From: Eledone cirrhosa
Taxonomy: Eukaryota
Direction of reading: 5' to 3'
DNA length: 64,000 nt
Assembly: GCA_964016885.1 (NCBI GenBank)
Contig: OZ024742.1
Location: 83,142,001 to 83,206,000 of the forward strand
Shown: positions 27,121 through 42,456 of the stretch, in pieces
Position numbering within the stretch: the stretch's first letter is position 1
Layout of the letters: every line of letters begins with the position of its first letter
Notes under the pieces: model-generated
What the model saw: only the letters and a program-made list of their open reading frames with translations
What the model was told of the DNA's origin: nothing
The model's database searches: none
Made by a program: the position numbers and the translations under genes

Positions 27121-27984
27121 TGACAATTGCTATATGAATATCGCGTAGTTGTTCTGTTAGGAATTACAATTGTGTTAGCCAGATGTATGTAGGGCAGCAT
27201 GAAACGTAATGTGACACAATGTTTATTTTTCAAGATATAATTTGTAAAATTCGAATGCAGTCAGCTGGATTCACCACTAGCATCCGAAATCCCCCCCAAC
27301 AGTTGTGATATTAACCATCCCCTCCGATATTTCGATATCCCATACTTTGATCCCGAACTGCCCTCACCTGTGCCCACCACGTTGACTGCTTCTAAGCCAT
27401 CTGACGCACCGACAGCTGCTCAACACATGGCTTCGCTTTCTCCTCAATATCTTCTCTTATACCGTTTCCTCATCCGAATTATCCTTTCTGGTCATGTCTG
27501 TTCAGGCTTCTTTAAGAACCCTGAACAGAGATGACTTCTGCCTTTGAATGAGCCCATAATCTCTGTGATATTTTTGTATATGTTCCTTCCCCTACCTTAC
27601 CTAGAACTCCATCTGTCTCTCTCCCTGCTCCAGCTGCTAAACCTGTCCATTCTTCGCCAAACATTTAATCCTCGTTAGTTCGAGCACTCTTGTTTTTCAT
27701 CACTCTTTCACCTGTACCTCCACCATTGGCATATAAGCCATTCAGTGTTCGCTCTCCAGGTCCTCCTACATCGGACAAGAAAGTCACCGACTGGTAGACA
27801 GATTCGCAATGCTTATGGGGATTATACGTATTGGAAACGACATCCTCGTAGCTCGTCACATCTGTTCCTCTAATCATACCAAAGAAGTACCTCTCTGTTT
27901 CCGGCCTCTTCTCACACAGCGGATTTCCAACTACTTGCTTCAGGAACGAAGTTCTACTTCAATTTCTTCTTCCACGGGAGTGTC

Positions 27985-28260
27985 GGCTACAAAGCTTGGC
28001 TAGATGTGGTTCCACCACAGCTGAACAAATTGTTGTCCTTTCCCATTAAACTCTGCCAAGTCCAATGCTGTGCAAGTGTGTTCCAGCAGGGGGATTATCA
28101 GGAGGTGCTGCGTAGTCTGTGGTTTGATGCTGCAATCACGCACAACATATCCCCATTTTACCAGATTGGCTTTTGCACGACCAACACCAGATATTAATCT
28201 GCTGAGGCATTTCCACACTGCAAAATTTATATTTGCTTCGACAGTGCCTCGCTCGCCTTT
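27985..28260 (-). pseudogene. 3' fragment of a LINE ORF (RTEX/RTE-like C-terminal Cys-His region)
   Basis: WKCLSRLISGVGRAKANLVKWGY..DC..PQTTQHLL..P...CTALDL. Confidence 0.65.
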
Positions 28261-29353
28261 AGCTTAACATTCAACCACAGTTCTTTGAATACACTTTTGT
28301 ACATACACGCACCCATCCAAAACACACATGTCATTATTTAAAATCATAAGGACATGACTGCATCCTGATACGTTCAACGTCGAGATAGATACTGCTTGCA
28401 AAATTATATTAAACACAAACCAGCTAAAATTGTCAACACCTTTATGCAATTTATTTTACCATATTTTGACTAACAAGAGTCTACAGGATGCAACACTCCT
28501 GGTTCTACAGAAAGTGATCAAACTTAGAATTGCTCGTTAAATTCTTCAAAATAGGAATATGACAAAAGATTGTTAAGTATCTTTTAAATGAATCAATAGA
28601 TTACTCCCTGGTGGTCCCGTTATGTTCAATATTGTGATACATCTGCATGAACTATCAATTATAAAATGTTTGTTCTCTTAGAAGTTTAACTGCAAGCTCT
28701 GCCAAAAAAAGTTAATTATTTACAGCTATGAGAACCCAGTATTGAGTACAAAGTAAAACAAAATTATATTTGGCCAGATATGAAGCGTCAACTCATTCAG
28801 CTACATGTGCGGCTCACTATCGACTTTGCCATGTGCAATTATGGGCTAAGAAGCCTATCTTAAGATAAACATTCTTGGTTGTGTATTATCGATTTAATTT
28901 TTTTTTTTTCGATCCGAGAGACACACTTCATCTCTTATCCGTTTTAGAGTTTCTTAAATAAACTAATAGAAAACAAGTTTTGGTTTACTACGCTTTAAAT
29001 ATTATATTTTTTCTTGTTTCAGTTTCTATGTGGTGTAGATGTTTATCCATCTTAGTTCGTTTTCGTATTTCTTATATTATATTTCGTAGTGTTGATAAGG
29101 AAATCTGTAAATATTTTTCATTTTTCTTCTTTAAATATTATTTTGAAATACACATATGTACATAAAGTAAGGCACGCAAATTCACATGCACAGGCACATA
29201 TATATTAAATATTGTATAATTTTTAAACATGTTTCTATTGAAATTATAAGGAACTATTTTAATTTTCTTTTTTAATTGCTTCAGTTGTTTATATTATTGG
29301 GGTATTTTCATTTCGTTGTACATCATTATTGTTAATGTTAATATTTTATTACC

Positions 29354-29545
29354 AGGGCAGTGGATTGGCAGTATCGGTAGAGGGTCGGACACCATGCTTT
29401 CCAGCATAGTTACGTCCCTTTACAATCTGAGTTCAAATCCCGCCGAGGTTGACTTTGCCTTTCATCCTTATGAGGTCGATAAAATAAAGTACCAGTAATG
29501 CACTGGGTAATTGCTGGCCTTGTGCCTAAAGTAGAAACAGTTATT
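29354..29545 (+). mobile_element. tRNA-derived SINE
   Basis: Near-identical to 49271-49456. Confidence 0.9.
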
Positions 29546-29791
29546 ATTTTATTACTGTGTTTCATTTTGTTGTCGTTTTAATAAGTCGAAGTAGATTTTT
29601 GTATGTTTTGTTTTAGTATTTGCTTTTTCCTGAAAAAGATATATTCCTCTATTCTTCAACTCTGCAGTATTTGCTCTAACATACGAGGTGTTTTATTTTA
29701 CACAGGCATTATCATAATCCGTTTGTTTGATAGTATATGTTTTCAAGGATGAATACCTAATGTTATGCATAAGTATATATATATATATATA

Positions 29792-29931
29792 TAAGGAAGG
29801 AGGTGTGGTAAGAAACCAGATGGACGTTAACGCACCAGAGTACTCAATACTTAGGGTAGTAGAGTGGGTAATAGGAAAAAGTTTAACCCCGACGTTATGG
29901 TCCATCTGGTTTCTTACCACACCTCCTTCGT

Positions 29932-29933
<2 letters not shown>
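29792..29933. mobile_element. Small element with 34-bp inverted ends inside (TA)n
   Basis: TAAGGAAGGAGGTGTGGTAAGAAACCAGATGGAC / GTCCATCTGGTTTCTTACCACACCTCCTTCGTTA; interior TAGGAAAAAGTTTAACCCCGACG recurs inverted at 30517-30540. Confidence 0.75.
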
Positions 29934-30011
<78 letters not shown>

Positions 30012-30018
<7 letters not shown>

Positions 30019-30055
30019 ATACTTGGGGAGAGTCATAAAACTAATTCATCGCCGC
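30012..30055 (-). mobile_element. 44-bp mini-element made of the two ends of the PLE insertion at 13442-14718
   Basis: Reverse complement = CGGCGATGAATTAGTTTT (as 13444-13461) joined to ATGACTCTCCCCAAGTATAACAATA (as 14694-14718, one mismatch). Confidence 0.8.
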
Positions 30056-30070
30056 TATATATATATATAT

Positions 30071-30419
30071 ATTAGAAAGTGAGGGATTTTTTACAAAATG
30101 CAAAATAACCGAGGTGTCCTACACGAGTGAAAGTATAAAGAAAAAAATATGAAATCGAAAATGCAGCTGAGTCTTATTTTTAAAAAATATATATATATTT
30201 ATTTGGTTCCTTTACTGGTTTCGCAGTTCTTCTGCTTTTCAAAAGTAGAGTTGAGATGGAGGGTATGTGGTTTGTCTCATGTGAGAAAAACCACAGACCC
30301 TCCATCTCAACTCTACTTTTGAAAAGCATAAGAACTGCGAAACCAGTAAAGGAACCAAATAAATATATATATATCTTTTTTAAATAAGACTCCAGTTGCA
30401 TTTTTGATTTCATCTTTTT

Positions 30420-30469
<50 letters not shown>

Positions 30470-30536
30470 TTATGCATAAAATTAGGTATTCATCCTTGAA
30501 AACGACTTGAACTCTGCCGTCGGGGTTAAACATTTT

Positions 30537-30581
<45 letters not shown>

Positions 30582-30870
30582 ATATATATTTATTTGGTTC
30601 CTTTACCGGTTTCGCAGTTCTTCTGCTTTTCAAAAGTAGATTTGAGATGGAGGGTTTGTGGTTTTTCTCACAGATGTGAGAAAAGCCACAAACTCTCCAT
30701 CTCAAATCTACTTTTGAAAAGCAGAAGAACTGCGAAACCGGTAAAGGAACCAAATAAATATATATTTTAAAAAAAGACTCCAGTTGCATTTTCGATTTCA
30801 TCTTTTTTCCTTATACTTTCACTCGTATAGGACACCTCGGTTATTTTTCATTTTGTAAAAAAAAACTCAC

Positions 30871-30876
<6 letters not shown>
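30071..30876. mobile_element. Nested foldback (two hairpins that are themselves inverted) with four HHR-like motifs
   Basis: Hairpins at about 30140-30423 and 30570-30775; outer ends are inverted; motif CUU-UUGAAAA-GCAG-AAGAA-CUGC-GAAA-CCGG-UA-AAG at 30210-30245(-), 30316-30351(+), 30601-30636(-), 30711-30746(+). Confidence 0.85.
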
Positions 30877-30902
<26 letters not shown>

Positions 30903-31400
30903 CATTGTGACCACATTTGTGACAAACATTATGACAAGGGCATTCATGATTTTTCATTGTTCCTGGAAATTGTTTCTCACTGAGATTTGTATTGTCTGAG
31001 AATTGATCGATGAATTTGTGAGCAGATCTCCCTCTACTGTCTCTCCCATGAGTTGATCCCCACAATAGTATATTGTGAATATCTTCATGCTTACATCACG
31101 AGCAATGCGCTGAAAATTGTAACAGTATTTGAGCAATATAGTTGTTATCTTGGGAAAGTTTCAGTATTATCTTTCATTTGTAATATATTGACGCCACTTT
31201 ATCTTTTGTACAAACCTAAATATTTTAGTGTTTGCACCATCTAGTTTTGTCTCGTGTACTTCCGTCAATGTATCTGATCCATGCAACAACCAACTAAACA
31301 GATGTTCCGAAAAATGATATTTTGAATTTTGGGGTTGATCTGACTTCCTATACATTTTGTTAATTGCTGGCCAGAATTTGAAATTCTAATGCCTATGTCT
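30903..31400 (-). pseudogene. RTE-type LINE 3' fragment
   Basis: LLWGSTHGRDSRGRSAHKFIDQF, LLHGSDT. Confidence 0.65.
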
Positions 31401-31782
31401 CTTTTTGCTGAATTTATCCAGCTGCCAAATTATTAAAAAATCAACTCTATTTAGCATTCCACCAATAAACATACACACATACATACACACAGATACACAT
31501 TTTCACTACTTTTTTAAATTTCTAGTCTGCACAAATTGCTCTTAAGTTGCTATATTTCTAAATTCGTCGTTTCAACGATGGCTCTTCTCCCTTCCACATT
31601 CTTTTTCAACAGTAGCCTGTGCGAGGTTCGTTGGACAACATGCGTTATGGCATATAGCAACAGTCATTGGAGCGCTAAGTTAAAATCCCACCGAGGGTAA
31701 CTTTGCCTTACATCATTTCGTGGAGTCGATATAATCGACTTTCCTCCTGCCTCAAAATTATTGGCCTTCTGTAATTATAATA

Positions 31783-31975
31783 ATAATTGTTTCTACTTTT
31801 GGCACAAGGCCAGTAATTAACCAGTGTATTACTGGTACTTTATTTTATCGACCCCGTAAGGATGAAAGGCAAAGTTAACCTCGGCGGGATTTGAAATCAG
31901 AATGGCAAGGGCCGTAACTCTATGCGTCAAAGCATGGCGTCCGACCTTCTACCGATACTGCCAATCCACCGCCCT
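31783..31975 (-). mobile_element. tRNA-derived SINE
   Basis: Reverse complement of the 29354 family. Confidence 0.9.
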
Positions 31976-32449
31976 TATATTATAATTATAATAATAATAA
32001 TAATGATTATCATCATTTTTGTAGCAGGTGTTGTTGTTGTCGTCGTCGTTTTTTATTGTACTTTTTATCATTAACCTCAGCGGGTAAAATTGTTGTGTAA
32101 ACTTATGAGTTTATAAATCTTTGCATTTATATTCGTAAAAGATTAACATAAAATGAAATACAATGTACAAGACGAGTTGCAACCGAATCAATGTTAACGT
32201 AGTGATATCATTTATCGATGTGCCACTACACGTCAATATATATATATAGTCGTCCTAACACACATCTAAACTATGAATCGGAAATAGTTTCTTTTTTCTA
32301 TGCATACGCATCTTATATGTCACCGTCTTCAGTCCATTCTCAGTGGTAAATATACATTTGTGTTTGCGTGTATGTTTGGGAGTGAGGGTATATATATATT
32401 TTCGCCTTAGAAGAAAATCGGCTGCCAACAGGAACAACAGTGGCGAGAG

Positions 32450-32890
32450 ATGCAACCCTGACTGACTCCGGAGACAATGTCATAGAACTACGTCACACTG
32501 GACTCAGTTCGCACGCAGCAGCTGGAGCTTTCGTACAGAGCCTTCAAAATGGCGATGATTCCTGCAGAAATGGCGTACGAGTGCGCGGTATTCCACGGTG
32601 ATTCCCGATACACACTGTAGAATGCCTTCTGGAAATCAATGAAGGTGACCGGTAAAGATTGCTGGAGCTCAACGCATTGTTCGAGGATGTTGCGTAATGT
32701 GAAGATCTGTTCGGTGCAAGGTCGGTTGTTTCGGAAGCCGACCTGTTCTTCACGGTGCACAGAATCGACAACCTGCCGGAGTCGACGCAGCAGCACAGTG
32801 CAGAACGCCTCGCCTGGAACTGATAGTAATGTGACACAGCGCCAGTTGTTGCAGTCGGCGAGGTTTCCCAATCTGGTCGTCTTCATGCAT
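32450..32890 (-). pseudogene. RTE-type LINE RT fragment
   Basis: GNLADCNNWRCVTLLSVPG..EEQVGFRNNRPCTEQIFTLRNILEQ..FIDFQKAFYSV. Confidence 0.9.
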
Positions 32891-33369
32891 CAGTGCCAGG
32901 ATCAAGCTGCGCCTGTACAAGAGCACCGTGCTGCAGACAGTGCTTTACCCGAGCGAAACCTGGAAGAGCACGGCAAAGATAGAGAGATGGCTGAACGCTT
33001 TCCCCCAGTGGTGCCTGCGAATAAACCTACGTGTGTCCTGGCGTGACCGATTACGAAACGAGGAAATCTTGCGGGGAGCCGAGTCGTAGACGCTACAGAG
33101 GATGTTCACAGTGCACCCGTGCCATCTGGCTGGTCATATTCTGTGCCTGCCCGACGAACGAGACTCGAATACAGCGATGAACTGGACTCCACCTGGCGGC
33201 AAAGGGAGGCGGGGTTGCCCCAGCATCACCTGCCGACGGTTGTTCCGAAAAGACTTCATGGCAATCAACATCACATGATACGGATGTGAAAATGCCGCCA
33301 TTGTTCATGACCGTGTGCGACTACTTACTGCTCGATGCCGTGAAAGGTGCGGAAGATCCTTAGACTAAG

Positions 33370-35226
<1,857 letters not shown>

Positions 35227-35626
35227 TAATTAAGCATAAAGTGTATTGCAAAATACATTATATATACATACATATATATATTGCTATTTCAGAGTTCCAA
35301 TTCTAATTTTTAATTTCTGCCTGACCAACAACCGCTCTGTATAATCAGTTCCTGATTATTTACTAGAATTCTATAAGAATACAACATCAGTGATCTCGGC
35401 AGACAGGAGGGAGTAGTTAGCCTTGATAAGCTTCAACAAAAGCGAAACAAGGCCTTGTCGGCTTATCTCCCCTGTTTGCTGAGATCGAAGTGAGTGAATT
35501 TGTCACTACTTTAAAACAATAGCTTACGGTCTTCAAAATGCTTTTAATTAAGCATAAAGTGTATTGCAAAATACATTATATATACATCCATACATATATT
35601 GCTATTTTAGAGCTCCAATTCTAATT
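35227..35626 (+). mobile_element. Terminally redundant non-coding unit (318-nt period, 82-bp direct repeats), retrozyme-like
   Basis: 35227-35308 is repeated at 35545-35626; central HHR; ends at (TA)n. Confidence 0.8.
35392..35486 (+). ncRNA. Extended type I hammerhead ribozyme with U3-A8 core
   Basis: AGCC-UUGAUAA-GCUU-CAACAA-AAGC-GAAA-CAAGGCCUUG-UC-GGCU; stem I continues past an internal loop as GAUCUCGGCAGACAGG / CCUGUUUGCUGAGAUC. Confidence 0.88.
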
Positions 35627-35627
35627 G

Positions 35628-35662
<35 letters not shown>

Positions 35663-35666
<4 letters not shown>

Positions 35667-36090
35667 CAAAGTTAGAAGAAAGTTAGATGAAAAAATCCTT
35701 GTCCAATTGAGTCTGTTTCCTGATGATTTCGAAACTTGTTGATTTATCCATGATCGGATATTTCCAAAAAGCGAATGAAAGCTCCGGGGTAGAAACATGT
35801 TTTGGGGATGTTTATGTACATTTTTTCTCTTAACTTTGATTTTGTACCTAATTATGTATGGTTAACTATATGTCTAGTCAATTTCTACGGGCTATTAGAA
35901 ATACTAGGTAAATCTTCTGTGGCTGTGGATTGCGGATAACATAGCTATCATTTATTTATCTATTGTTTCTTCATAGGTACATTTTAAACTTATAGCCTCG
36001 TTTAATTGATTTTTTATGAGGTTGATTATGCTGATTGGGAGAAGAAATACTGTTTATATTTTATCAAATGATTCTATGGACTTACTTTCT
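35663..36090 (+). mobile_element. Long-stem-II HHR family element (HHR 35714-35797)
   Basis: UGUUUC-CUGAUGA-U-UUCG-(long loop)-CGAA-U-GAAA-GCUCCGGGG-UA-GAAACA; homologous to 8741-9170; (TA)n on both sides. Confidence 0.8.
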
Positions 36091-36276
<186 letters not shown>

Positions 36277-36379
36277 TGAAGACTAAAATCCAAAGAGCGC
36301 TCGATAAGGAAAAATATATATCAAATATATAAGAACCTTAGAGCAAATATTTATTAAAATAACAGATTGAAAACAACAC

Positions 36380-38055
36380 CTGAATATTCTGCAAAGAACA
36401 TACCCGTACCTAGCAGGAAGACATACCTTAAACTTCTGATATAGAAAACAGACTCGTTCATTAAAAGGTTGCGTTGGCGCGCTTTTATTTGGATAATCAG
36501 GAAAAAGCGGACAATATACAGGATAAATTTGGGTTTAAAACTTATAATAACCCCCCGAGTAACCCAGCATTGCTACCCTTCGAAAATCATGTCTTAGACC
36601 TCATACGAAGTATGAAATTTCGGAATAGGAGCCATTCCTTCCAGCAGGACCTGAAGAATAGAATTCGTTCTATTAAGGATTCTAATGCCGTGCACGTCCA
36701 CTCCGACAAAACTGGCAATCTATATAAAGTGTAACGCAGTACTTACCATCAACTGCTACATAATGTTGTAACTAAGGATTACCGGAAAACCAATCGGAGT
36801 GTCATTATGACATCAACGATGCTGGGTTTAAAATCACTTCTGAACTCAACATCCAGGACCGGACTGAACCTCTGGATCCTATCCCCCCCCCCCCACTTTA
36901 CCCTGAAGGATCACAAACTCAATTTCGCCAACAACCCCTCTATTCGGCTAAATAGCCCTACGAATTCTGATTTACGTAGACTTAGTAAAAGGATTTTAGA
37001 TATAATTATACCGAAATTTGAAGCTTGGCCCCTCCTGCACTGTGGAATAATTCTTTCGCGGTGATTGATTGGTTCAACTGCATATGCAACAGGGAACATT
37101 GCCGTTTTATCCAATAACTACTACTCCTCCATCACTTTACCACTTCTTAGAGCTATCAATTTCGCTAAAACGCGTACTGTCTTTAAGGATTTCTAAGTTG
37201 ATATCATCCTCAATGCCCGTAAGTCGGTGATTAATTTCGACGACTCTATTTGGATAAAAAAAATCTGATAGCACCCCATTCGACGTGAGTATGGGCGCCG
37301 GCGATTCGGTGGAGGTTACAGATATTATCGGCCTTTGCGTTCGTTTCTCTATGAAGGAAGAATTCCCCAATGTGGGCGGTGGTTTGTACCTCGATGGCGG
37401 TCTTTTGACCATGACAAAGTGCGGTCCACGCGCTTGCGACAGGTTCAGAAAATAACTCACAGCCTTCTTTAAAGGCTTCAACCTCTCCATATAGTTGAGG
37501 CCAACCTCTGGGTCGTTAATTACCTCGACGTTACCCTCAATTTGTCGAATGGCTTGCACTACCCGTATAGAAAGCCGAATGATACGCTTAATTACATAAG
37601 TAAACATTCTAACCATCCTGCCAGCATAACTAAGAACCTGATAAGAAACGTTTCTTTGCAGCTTTCCAGTCAATCTACAACCGAGCATCTTTTCACTGAC
37701 CATTCCACATATTACAATGAAGCTCTTGCTCGGAGCGGATTTGTCGATGAGGAAGCATATAGTAAGTATGACCATAGACCAAGGAAAATTAATTCCCGAC
37801 GCATTATATGGTATAACCCACCATATAATATGGATGGCCACACCATTAGCTAAGATCTTTTTTCTCCCTTATTAAGAAGCATTTCCCCTCAGCACATAGA
37901 TATAATAAAATGTTTAATAGAAATACCATTAAAATATGTTAGTCTACGACTCCTAACCTGGCACATAACATGACTGCTTCAAATTTAACTAAATTACCTA
38001 GCTGTAGGAACACGTGCAACCCTGTAGCTAGTAGTAACTGTAATTGTAGGAGAAA
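36380..38055 (+). pseudogene. Degenerate Penelope-like RT ORF of a fourth lineage, truncated before the endonuclease
   Basis: KNIPVPS, FGFKT, HSDKTGNLYKV, TLKDHKLNFANNPSIRL, FDVSMGAGDSVEV, NYLDVTLNL, PYRKPN..SNHP, IIWYNPPYN, CNCR. Confidence 0.88.
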
Positions 38056-38271
38056 CTGAGTTTCTCCGATGATCTGGTTAAGCTAACAACGTATTTAAAA
38101 TTGAGTGGCACAGCTCCGAGTGTTCAGCAATTTTTAGACAACTTAATCAGTGAAACTATTGTTAGACTGTAAATAAAACCCTTTTTTGTAATGTGACCAT
38201 GTTATTCTTCACTCTTTCAATACATATATATAGATATATATATAGATAACAAGTTTATATATAAATATAAG

Positions 38272-38752
38272 TTATTCCGGATTGAATCGGAGGTAATCCA
38301 CAGTAAGTAAGGTACTCAATACATAGCAGAGTATAAAACCAAACCTCCTTGTTATATTTTCAATATAATACACTCTGTATAGCTCTACACCTCGACACAG
38401 AAGTGAACCTAAACATCGAGTGCTCACCCAGGTGAACCTACAGTAACTCCTTAACGGGATCATCTGAAACTAAAATGCTAGTAAAAAAAAAAAACTTTTT
38501 TTTCTACTAGCATTTTAAGGGGTCCGTCGAGCTGCGGATTATAGAGTCGGGTAGGATCGATACAGATCGAACCTTGAGCTGATCAGTGGCGAAACGTGCG
38601 TCACCTACTAATAAATGTAATGAAGGAGTAACCAACGTCCTTGTTATCTTTTCAATATAATATACTCTCTATAGCTCTACACCTCGACACAGAAGTGAAC
38701 CTAAGCATCTAGTGGTCACCCGGGTGAACCTACAGTAACTCCAAGTTACACT

Positions 38753-38756
<4 letters not shown>
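38272..38756 (+). mobile_element. Composite non-coding insertion: inverted tail of the 41661 family + unit with 105-bp direct repeats (period 292)
   Basis: 38272-38336 is the reverse complement of 41797-41860; 38346-38450 is repeated at 38638-38742; TA-rich flanks. Confidence 0.75.
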
Positions 38757-38819
<63 letters not shown>

Positions 38820-38820
<1 letters not shown>

Positions 38821-39881
38821 TAGCAGTCTATCCCGGCGTTGCACGGGTAAGAACATTAGTAATAGCACTTTCAATGAGAAACGTTTATTTGTCAGTGCCT
38901 GTTAAAAACTCACGAAAATATACCCACAGGAAACTTGTTTTATTTGGAGAAAATTAAGAAGTTGAAAGTACAGTTTAACTGTCTACGTGCATTGGGGATA
39001 GAAATATTGATGAGCCCCTTCTTTTCATACTCTTCTGTTTTGGCCTATTGGAGTAAATATGAAAGAGAAAGTCACAGGTTAAGTTGGCAGACGGTTCCAG
39101 TGCAATAGCAGTAAGCCGTAGGCTATTTACCTCAAAAGTTCATTCGCACACTTTCCACTAAGTTACGCTTTCTCGCTATCCCTCTCGGTGCAGTCCCTTG
39201 CGAATTTCTCGCGTAAGCCTGGTGTAGATTTGCACCCGATCCATCTGCCCGGTGCTTTGTACCGCTTTTGGGGGAAGGAGTGACCAGCAGTACGTTGTTC
39301 GGTATTATTACGAAAATGTGTAGCAGAGAATACCGCGTGAACTAACAGCTCGAGAGGAAACTGCTTACCTCGAAGATTCATTCGCCATCGTTCTTGTTTA
39401 GTTGGTATTTGTTGGTCTACAGTTAGATGAATGGCGCACAAAGCGTTAATGTTTATTGGCAAGAAGTGGCAACTGGGCATGTTTGCCTCGCTTATATTAT
39501 ATATTAACATAACAGATTAAAATTTAAGCAAAGAATCGCTGCTTTCACCCTTAACGGGATCATCTGAAACTAAAAAAATCAATGCGTGAACGCAGAAGTA
39601 AATATTTCGAAAAACATTGGTACCGAAGGAAAACAATACTTTGGTTCGTGAAGACGTTCCCTGGAAATGAACGGAAAATAGCGTACATAATACGTCATCA
39701 ATGTCGAAATGCACACATCAGACATACAGACAGATATTATAAGGGTGCGACGGAGATCATTAACCAGCGCCTAACACCCCTATAACAACAGAGAATTGAA
39801 AAATAAAAGATGCAGTTAATATGTTTAAACCGCAAGGAATATATTAATGCAAGTTTTAAGTCAATCGGAGTAGAAATATAG

Positions 39882-39882
<1 letters not shown>
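38820..39882 (-). mobile_element. Non-autonomous Helitron
   Basis: Minus strand: A|TC 5' end at 39882; 3' hairpin CCCG-TGCAACGC-CGGG then CTAG|T at 38823-38820; inserted in (TA)n. Confidence 0.75.
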
Positions 39883-39951
<69 letters not shown>

Positions 39952-39957
<6 letters not shown>

Positions 39958-40196
39958 AAAATTGCTAACTTGACTGTCACCACAGAATATGAACCTGATG
40001 ATTGTGAGATGAGATTGTGAAAGCATGAAAGTACTTGTTCAATTAACACTTAACATTTAATATTCTACCATACTATTTCATTCTAATTCCATTATACATT
40101 TTAAAGGATTGTAAATAAAGGAGTAAATCAGACAAAGTTGGAATTCCTTTTATTAATATAATCTTCTATACACAATCATACACACCCGTGTATATT
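39952..40196 (+). mobile_element. Single-arm HHR element (HHR 39990-40041, stem II disrupted by a small insertion)
   Basis: UGAAC-CUGAUGA-UUG..CAU-GAAA-GUAC-UU-GUUCA; same family as 41917-42357. Confidence 0.8.
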
Positions 40197-40368
40197 TATT
40201 TATATATATATATATATACATATATAATATATATATATACATTTTGAGTATATGTTGGTTGTTTACCGATACCTCAGTATGCAGATTGGAGCACTCGACC
40301 AAGTACGCAGGTTTGTTTGTTTACTCCGGAATAATGTAAATATATATATATCTAATATATATAAATAA

Positions 40369-40418
<50 letters not shown>

Positions 40419-41527
40419 AAATATTTCATATTAAAATGTTATTGTTTTCTTTTGTCTCTTTAGATTTTCTGACTTTTAATTGAACAGTAATTGCAATAAC
40501 TTAACACGCGATAGTTGCCGCATGCAGAAGGAATGAAGTGTGAATCTACCAGTTAAAATTCTCCAGTTGATTTGTAAATAATAAGTGCATTTTACGACTA
40601 TAAATGTTGGAACGTTAGATGAATAGTTAGTGTTTCATTAGCTTATAGTCCTTCTTTGAGAATATAATTGAATTCCTTTTATCGCAGAGGTTTTTCTTTT
40701 AGGGCGACTGTCTATGTGCACACTAACATGGACATCATAATAATGGAGAAATTCCTATAACTCTTCTTTACCTCCCAATTAAATATGCTCGGAAAATAAC
40801 ATTTTTATTCCTCTCTTACTCAATAGTTATGAAAAAAGACGTATAAAATCCCATTTAGCACTCGGTAATGGAAATTTTCATTTCAATTAAAATCATATAT
40901 AGGAGATAATTTAAACTATTACCAATCTAGTGTAGGCTGATAGGATTTATAATACGCACCTTCAAACTTTCTATCATCAAGTTTCACCAATAATGGTTAG
41001 AAAGGTGTTCGTTGCTTACACAGTTGAAGGAAATTCTTCTCATTTGATTTGACATTCATTCAATTAATATCTTTAATTTTCTTCTGAATAAAACTATATA
41101 CGTGCTGAAGATTTACAGCCAAAGGCCTCATGTAAATGACGCCAAATTTATTCGCTCAGTTTCTGAGATGAATGTATAGATGTTCATTCTGCATACTTTC
41201 TCGAAGGATGAATTTTATGGTGTCCCTTCCTTATATAATTAAGGTCTAATATTTATTTGATTTGACGTTCAAGCGAATAGAAATTTGATTATTGTAAATG
41301 TAATCTATATCTTTTATGCAAGTCAATTGCATCTTCTTTGAATACAAAATCGGATTCTTCGTATAAGCAAGAATACATAAACTGTGGCTGAGTATGCACA
41401 TATATATTTAATATCATCGCTCAGAACACTGTAATCTATAAAGGTTGATGATTGTGAATAACTTTACGTGTACATATGATAGTGTGTCAAGATTTTTATG
41501 TAATATATACTATTCTATCAAGTTATA

Positions 41528-42456
<929 letters not shown>

